This document shows, piece after piece, positions 55,343 through 64,000 of a stretch of DNA of 64,000 nucleotides (position 1 is the first letter of the stretch; every line of letters starts with the position of its first letter). The notes beneath the pieces were generated by a model. The model was not told the origin of the DNA. It saw only the letters and a list, made by a program, of their open reading frames with translations, and ran no database searches. The position numbers and the translations under genes were made by a program. The stretch lies in contig CM022678.1 in NCBI GenBank assembly GCA_012295275.1, positions 1,426,001 through 1,490,000 of the forward strand, written 5' to 3'. This stretch comes from Chrysomallon squamiferum. Lineage: Eukaryota; Animalia; Mollusca.

Positions 55343-56150
55343 TTAATTAGAAAGATTTATCAATAATGAATTGTAGACTGCTGGATTACTAGGTAAGTAT
55401 ATATAAATATGTAAACAGAGACAGTGATAGGTAGATGGAGACAGACAGACAGACAGACAGGCAGAAATAAAACCATTATAAAATCCAAGACAGGCATATT
55501 TTATTTATTATAATAAAATGTTATTGAATGTGTTTTTATATATTTTCTCTCTCCAAATTCTTGCCCTCTGTCTAAACACACACACTCTGACAGACACACA
55601 CACAAACATACAGATACAAAAACATGATGATAACTCTAATCATTCTAATTATTTTTGTCAAAAATCTCCTGAACATATTTACAGCTTAGCCAAATCTTTA
55701 CAGTTTTAATGAAGTAATCAAACTTTTATGACATAATCTATTTTTTTGCATAACCCAATTTGTACCACATTTACTAAATTCTTACGTCACAACCAAATTT
55801 TAGGAATATGACACCTGAAAACTATCAAAGGAGATTATTTACAATCAAATAAAAAGTTTAAAAATATGCTCATTAAAATGCGAATATATTATGTAAATGA
55901 GCAAAGTAATTGGCCCCCTGGAGTGAGATCTGAGTGCAGCTTTGTCTTGAGGACAATTAATCAGCGTAGATTTAACAAAAAGAAAACAAGCTGACGCTGA
56001 AGATATTTATCTGTAATCTAAGCTTTCTATGATTAGTTATTATTTTGGAATGTTTTTTATAATTCAGAAAGAGGCCTCTAAAAATGAGTCCAAAAGAGTT
56101 AGGCAGGGGAGGTAAGGAGTACAGGATTTGAGATTAAATAATTAAATCAG

Positions 56151-56181
<31 letters not shown>

Positions 56182-56524
56182 AATAAAATAAAACAAAGAT
56201 ACAAAAAATAAATAAATAAAATAAAATAAAACAAACATACAAAAAATAAATAAATAAAATAAACATACAAAAAATGAATAAATAAAATAAACAATATATA
56301 TGTATCTATGGAAAAAGCTAAATATTTAATCAGAAGCATACGAATAAAATAAGAAACAAATAAATTAATTAATTAAAAAAGTGATTAATAAATTAAGTAA
56401 TAAAAAAATAACCTTTTAAAAAAATAGTTTATATATAAATAAATATATAAAATTAATAATAATATCAAACTAACTAAGTACAACAAAAAAGAGAAACTTA
56501 AAAATAGAATAATAAACATAAAGC

Positions 56525-56577
56525 TGTGTGTGTCTGTGTGTGTGTGTGTGTGTCTGTGTCTGTGTGTGTGTGTGTGT

Positions 56578-56626
<49 letters not shown>

Positions 56627-56637
56627 TGTGTGTGTGT

Positions 56638-56712
<75 letters not shown>

Positions 56713-56749
56713 TGTGTGTGTGTGTGTGTGTGTCTGTGTGTGTGTGTGT

Positions 56750-56791
<42 letters not shown>

Positions 56792-56872
56792 GTGTCTGTG
56801 TGTGTGTGTGTGTCTGTGTGTCTGTGTGTGTGTGTGTGTCTGTGTGTGTGTGTCTGTGTGTGTGTGTGTGTG
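56525..56872. repeat. (GT)n microsatellite
   Basis: Visible directly. Many further (AAT)n, (GA)n, (CA)n and (AT)n tracts occur across the window. Confidence 0.95.
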
Positions 56873-57962
56873 AACAACAAACAATATCTCGATTAAAAAC
56901 AATTAGTTTCAAGGTTATTCTACATGTTTATCTTAAAAATATCACTGGACCGTATCATGAATTTCTCATTAAACAAAAACACACCTGTAGTATTAACAAA
57001 GGTAACACAGAAATTTAATTAACCTGCACAATAACGTCACAGGTTAAATTATTGTAATAGAAAAACCTGCATGTGAAAACTGACTTATTGAATGAATGAG
57101 TGAGTGAATGAGTGAAAGAATGAATGGATTTATAATTGTTAATACATCAGCACAAAAATACATCTATAATTAATCTACAGATTTAGAAAAAAAAAAGTAT
57201 TTTATATTTTTCATAATCCCTTAATTTATTATATATATAAATTTAGATATGTTATTGTATCTGTTCAAATACTGTTTATATATATATATATATATATATA
57301 TAAATATTCAATCCTTTAAAAAAATATATAATAATAATAAAATATATATTATTAAATTATTTTTAGAAAGAAAAAAATTGTTATTTTTTTCTAATCTAAA
57401 AAAATATTCTTAACCTTCACCTTTAAGACCTCTTGACCTTGCACTAGAAAATCTTTCATACGAAAAAAGAAAGAAAAGAAATCTACATTTCATATTGTCG
57501 ACATCAACGATTTTACTTCTAATACGCTTCCCTGTGTGATACTAGATGAACATACAAACATATTATACATACATTCCATGCAGGTATGTAATATGCATGA
57601 ATATTTATCTTCACTGCGTTAGATTTCATTGTTAGTAATCCTGTAGAGATAGAGGCGGCGTGCTTTGTGTGTATGTAATGCCATACGATTGTCCAGTCAA
57701 CCTGAGATAATTGTAGGTTTATCTGACAAAACAGTATCAGATCAATGTATTTTTATACTCGGAGAACAAAGCTGTGAGTGTTTTTTATTGTTGGCAAATA
57801 TGCTCTACTTGTGAAGAGGTGATGAACTGGATCTGATGTTTTGTGTGACTGGAATATTTTATTTTATTTATTATTTTTTTATTTTTTGTTTATTGACTTG
57901 CAGAATGTTGAGAGCAAAATGTATGAAATGTATATTGTTGTTATTAAAGGGGACAGAGAGAG

Positions 57963-58044
<82 letters not shown>

Positions 58045-58446
58045 TGAGAGAAGGAAAGGGAAAAAATAACAATAACACACACCCACCCACAGCCACACAG
58101 AGTTATTTAAATAAGGAAGATATTTTGTTATACAGATAAACATACTGACAACAGAGAAACTCACTGAGAAAAGTACATAGCTGAAATTCTATAATGAAAA
58201 ACATGAGAAAATAATAAGTTTAAATTAATTAGGGGTTTAAAAGCATGCACACTGGATTAATAACAATAGTAGTAATACTACTACTACTACTTCTACTAAT
58301 AATAATAATAATAAAACTGTAAAATAATAATACTGGTTTTCCTAATGAACATGACGACGATATTAACATTAAAACAACAATAATATTAATTGTAATAACA
58401 ACAGGACAATAAAATAGAAAAATAGTAAGTATACGAAAAAAAAATA

Positions 58447-58488
<42 letters not shown>

Positions 58489-59075
58489 TTTAATAGAAAG
58501 AAGAAATAAAAAATAATGTTTTTTCTGAGGAAGTAATCTGATTGTTAAAAACGATGCACGTTATCTTTTAATATTTAAACATTAATAAGAATGAAAAAAA
58601 AAAAAGAAATTAACAAAGATAACACCTGTCACTATAAATTAAATTAATAAAATCAAAAATTAAAAAAATATATATTGAAAAACGTACCTTTTCTCCCAGA
58701 ATTTATAAATTCATTTTACAAAACTATCTCTCCACACAAAATGCTCTATAAATATCTCTGTGCAGGCGATATCCTGAAAGTTTTAATCTTTATCAGAAAC
58801 ATGATGTCAACAACCGGCAATACTTTTGGAGTTAATATATACTCGAGCACTTCCTGGCGTTAAACACAGTGACCTTCACCTTGTGACCTCTGCCTGGCTA
58901 GGGGCAGATAACAAGTGTTATAGATGGCAGATATAAATCGTTTAGACAGTTAGAGTGATACGTCGTTTTAATTTGTATTTTTAAAACTGTCACCATGCGT
59001 TGTTTAGGCCGATAGAAATTATTTGCTAGTTTCACAGTATTTTAGGTTATTTGAAATTCTTGTATTATTTTTTAT

Positions 59076-59112
<37 letters not shown>

Positions 59113-60487
59113 GGTTTTAAGGCTGATAGAAATAAAATTTGTTTTACAAGATGAAACTAGTGTTTTTGTTTTGCAGTGCACTACATGTTTGTATGAAATT
59201 CACAAGGGCTAATAAGACTGACAATAATTTATGCAGATAGAAATACTATGTTTGTTTTACAGTAGTTAGGGCTAGAAATGTTATTTCTGTTTTTCAGTAC
59301 ACAGTAGATTTAACTAAAAGAAAAAGAAGAGGAATACAAAAGAATTTGCAGATTCCTTTAAATTATTATTGTTCATTACACAAAGCAGAGGCTCTTCTTT
59401 TCCTTTCTTGTTGTAGACTGACATCAACTCATGTTCAGACACACACACAAACACACTCACACACAAACACACATGTGACATAAATACACACACACACAAA
59501 CTGTCACACATACATCCACAGATCCAAACACTTTTATGCAATCAAAATACACACACACTTACCAAACTTACATTTAAACTGATTCACACAACTATACAAG
59601 TACACATAAAACTTAGCTATCTAAATAACAAAAAGAAAAGAGAAAAGAAAAAGATGAAGAAGAAGAAGAAAAGGAAAACATATTTAAAACAGTTTATTTG
59701 CAAATTGATGTTCATGAAACAAAAATGAAACATTTCCACAAAAATAAAAACATGTCATTAACATGACATGATTATTACACAAATATTCTACAGTTATAAA
59801 ACTGAATTATTTCATTAAAAGTAAGTCTTAAAGTTTAACTTTAGCACAGACTGCCCCAGCCGAAAATATCTGAAAGTTCTGAATACTTAAAAAACCATTT
59901 GTGAGTTTCTAAAGTAGTGATATCTTATGGCTTTTACTTTATGAACAAAATTATAAAACATCTTATATAAAACATCCTGCAAATTCATTCAATAAGCTGC
60001 ATATGAAATATAAATGGAATTTGTATTTGGACTTAAATCCCATGCTCTTTACGTGCAAAAAAAAAATCCAAAACATTCCTAAATAAGAAACATTTCCAGT
60101 CCCAAGAATTTCAGATACGGATTCAGTTACAATGAAAGAGTCTCAATATCTTTTTTTTTTTATTATATACTTCATTATTTCTATTACTGAAACTAAAAAC
60201 AAATATGTAATAAAAAAAATACAAAATAGAAATAGAAAAAAAAATGAAATTAAAAATGAAAATAATAATAATAATAAAAAAAGTAACACAGGAAAGAATA
60301 TAAAGGATTAAAAAAATAAAAAATATTTAATAAAATATTTAAAATTAAGTTCAAATAAAAGCAGAAATGTATTCATGCACATCTGGACTTGCCTATTCTT
60401 AAATATTTTTGTTTTTAATAAATGTCTATGAAAAAAGACTTCAGTAATTATAATAATAATAATAATAATAACAATAACAATAATAAA

Positions 60488-60564
<77 letters not shown>

Positions 60565-60708
60565 TAACAATAATAATAATAATAGTAATAATAATAATAA
60601 TAATGGAAATTAATGATCATAATAATAATAATAATAACAATCGTATAATAAAAATATTTTTAAATATTTCTACCTGCATTAAAAAACCAACTCAATAAAG
60701 CTTCAAAA

Positions 60709-60743
<35 letters not shown>

Positions 60744-61146
60744 ATATATCTTCCAGAAGACTGCCAAACCCCCAGAAATGACTTAGGATTAGTTTTCATG
60801 AGTATTTTTCTTCTTCACAATTTTCTGTTATAGAATATATGTAAATAAATAACAACTAATAACGTAATCAATGTCTTCATGACAGATGTGTACATGATAA
60901 CTGAATGCCACTTATCCTTCATGAATTCATGATCTAAATACTTTATGTTTCATGAATTCATGATCTAAATACTTTATGTTACATGAATTCATGACTTAAA
61001 TATTTTGTGAATAGTAGGAAAATTATGACTTTTGTGTAAAATATTAAAAATAGAAGAAAGGACCTGAGATTGTTTGTTTTACATTTTCTTGTATAAAAAT
61101 AAATAAATATTTATGAAACATATAAATAAATTATGATTATATTTAA

Positions 61147-61189
<43 letters not shown>

Positions 61190-63044
61190 GCCATCTAAAG
61201 GAAATTAAAATAATGTTATAAATAAAATATATATAATAAAAATAATAGTAGTAGCAATAGTAGTATTAGTAGTGAACAGAAGTAGTACTAGTAGTAGTAG
61301 TAGTAGTAGCAGTAATAGCAGTATTATAGGAGGTGTAGTGCTGTTGTAGTAGGAGTAGTAATAGTAGTAAAAGGAATAGTAGTAGTAATACTAATAGCAG
61401 TGGCATGTAGCATTAGTAGTAGAAGTGGTAGTAGTAGTAACAGTAGTAGAAGTGGCAGTAGTAACATATTTCATTACATTTAACAAGAAAGAATAAATAA
61501 GAATTGAAAATAAAAAATAATAATAAAAAATATATAAAATAAAAACTAACCAGTGATAATCAAATTTTTAATTTCAAACATTTCTTTTTTAAGCTTATAA
61601 AATTTTAGAGGAAATTAAAATTTAAATATAAATACAGAGGGAATAACAACATATGTTACACTGAAACAGAACATTTTTTAACATTTTCATAATTTTCTCT
61701 GACTCTTTCAAAACATTCACACAAATTCTGTACATACCTTTACATTACAACATAAATTAATTTACACAAAACTTTGACCTGAATCTAAATAACATGTACA
61801 TAAATTTTAATAACCTTTACATAAATTTTTACATAACATATATATATATTTTGTATAACTTTTACATAAAATTTACAAAACATTTAAATTCTTACATCTG
61901 AGAGAACCTGATTTTTAGTTTGCTTTCGTTTTGTCTTTTTTCATCTTTTATTTTCTTATTTATTTATTTTTTTTATCTTTTTTAGAAATTACAATATAAT
62001 ATTCATGAATGTCACACAATTCATGAATGTCATTATCAGACTAAAAAATGTTAAGAATATTGGCAAAAGGCCAAAACAAACAACATGTGTTTATTTATTT
62101 AAAGACAAATATTCAAAAAGAAAAAAAAAAAAATAATTATATTGCTCCCTGCAGTTATTTTCAGTTCAAAAAAAAAAAAAATAATAATAATAATAATAAT
62201 AATACAGTAACAGTAATGTTAATCATAATGATTATGATGATTATAATAATCATTATGATGTGATGATGATAATAATAATAATCATAATCATGATTAGATG
62301 ATGATACTAATAATCATTATTGTAGAGGTAGAAATGATGATGATGATAACAAAAATAACAGCAATAATAATGATACTAATAAAAATTATTAAATAATAAA
62401 AAAGACTAACTACAAATTTATTTATTTTTTTTCTATCCATTTTATCAATTCTTCTTTTCCTAAAATAATTATTATTTGACTTAAAAGTTGTAGAAAGTAT
62501 TAAAAATAAAATAAAAATAGAGAACGTCATTTGAAGTGTAATATATTATAAAATTTTATTTATTCAGCTACTAAAATATATTTTTATTTTTGTGATTGTC
62601 AAAAAGAAGGATTTTTTTTTTTACATTTATTGCTGTCAAAATAATTTTATATGGTGTAAGCAAAAAAAAAAAAAAAAAAAGTTATTCATTGTTATTAAAT
62701 AAATTCTTTTCTTTGGTTTCTGTAGAAATATTAAATTTAAAAAAAATTAAAATTAAATAATATTATAATTATATGTCATAACAAATAATAATGATAATCT
62801 TAATAATAATAATAACAATAATAATAATAATATCTAGACTTGCTTTATATTTAAGTCATTTTTATAATTAATAATAATGCTGACATTTTCTAGACTTGCA
62901 AAATTTTCCTGGGCTTTTTTTTTTTTTCGTTCTTTCTTCTTTTCTTTCTTTTTCTTCTTCATTCTTTCTTGGTTTTTTTTTTTCATTCTTTCTTAAACTC
63001 TTTTTTAACTTCCTAGATTATATTTTTTTTTTTGTAAATTCTTG

Positions 63045-63191
63045 TTATCCTGACAGAGTTTTTTCTTTAGTTTTGAAAAACATTTTCCCAGTGAATGACA
63101 TCATGCCAGTGACTTGGTGAAGTCTAAGGAATCCTGCCTGCCCACCAGACGCCAGCCACATACAGCTCATCAGATTGGGGTTGAGAGAAAC
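63045..63191 (-). CDS. GTF3C2: Terminal coding exon of general transcription factor IIIC subunit 2-like (VSLNPNLMSCMWLASGGQAGFLRLHQVTGM...TLSG*)
   Basis: Acceptor tatttccag, 48 codons, then TAA. Resembles, from recall, the last WD-like repeat of GTF3C2 (V-F-PNL----WL-SGGQ-G--R-H-V-G). Upstream exons would lie beyond the window. Confidence 0.75.
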   Translation of the reverse strand, partial: VSLNPNLMSCMWLASGGQAGFLRLHQVTGMMSFTGKMFFKTKEKTLSG

Positions 63192-63286
63192 CTGGAAATA
63201 GTTTTAGTACACAAAGTAATTATCTCCTCTTTGTGAGCATGTTTGTTGCGTTTCTTGTGTGAATATCTCAGTTTATACTGTATATG

Positions 63287-63362
<76 letters not shown>

Positions 63363-63475
63363 TGCAGTTAGGTGTTTAACTAATATATCTATAACTGTGC
63401 CTTTGAGTATTCAATTCATGTGCACTTATGCATCTGTATTATATTTATTGTGTTTTTTTTTATGTGTGAGTGTAT

Positions 63476-63516
<41 letters not shown>

Positions 63517-63928
63517 TAGAGAGATATATATATACATAGATATATATTGTTTATCAAAAATTTGCATAGACATACACACATAAGCAGAAATTGAAAAAAA
63601 AAGAAGAAAACAAAAATGAGAAAAACAAACACAGTTATACGACTGGTTTCTTATTTACAGCATGCTCAGTTCTGTTTATTATTAAAGTTCTCCAGCAGAC
63701 AAAGAAACATAAATCTTTTACTCCAAAGTATATTCTTGACAAACAGATGCATTAAAAAAAAAACAACGTCAAATAAAGGCCTGTATTTTATTGTGATAAG
63801 ATTTAAAGAAAGTAGTATTTTATCTGTACAGGTTTGACTTCTGCTGAAAACACTTGAAACTGCAATGTTACATTAGTAACATCAAGTACTTTGTATGCTT
63901 CACAGATAAAGATTTGCTTTATCTATTG

Positions 63929-63982
<54 letters not shown>

Positions 63983-64000
63983 CTCTCTCTCTCTCTCATA

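Overview
AT-rich animal genomic DNA, dense in microsatellites and minisatellites. It looks invertebrate, possibly molluscan, but that is an inference. Almost all entries in the ORF track are simple-repeat artefacts. Reading splice sites by hand gives one large minus-strand gene, a cytosolic carboxypeptidase of the AGBL2/AGBL3 (CCP2/3, M14D tubulin deglutamylase) type, spanning about 1.2-45.6 kb. It shows the FESGNL, HPGE, NYR/DLNR, DLHGH and FTLE motifs. The terminal coding exon of a GTF3C2-like gene lies at 63.0-63.2 kb on the minus strand. The most interesting structure is the 5' half of the CCP gene. Two paralogous N-terminal exons (16.3 kb and 33.5 kb) share a GP[FY]WP...PRx4Cx4EPL motif and both splice in phase 1 to the same exon. 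Around them lie several RFX X-box-like sites, a CCAAT array and a decayed exon-like segment of about 2.3 kb. Other points are a GC-AG intron, minisatellites built from copies of splice sites, and frameshifts in several exons that are probably assembly errors. No prokaryotic system, CRISPR array or RNA gene is supported.
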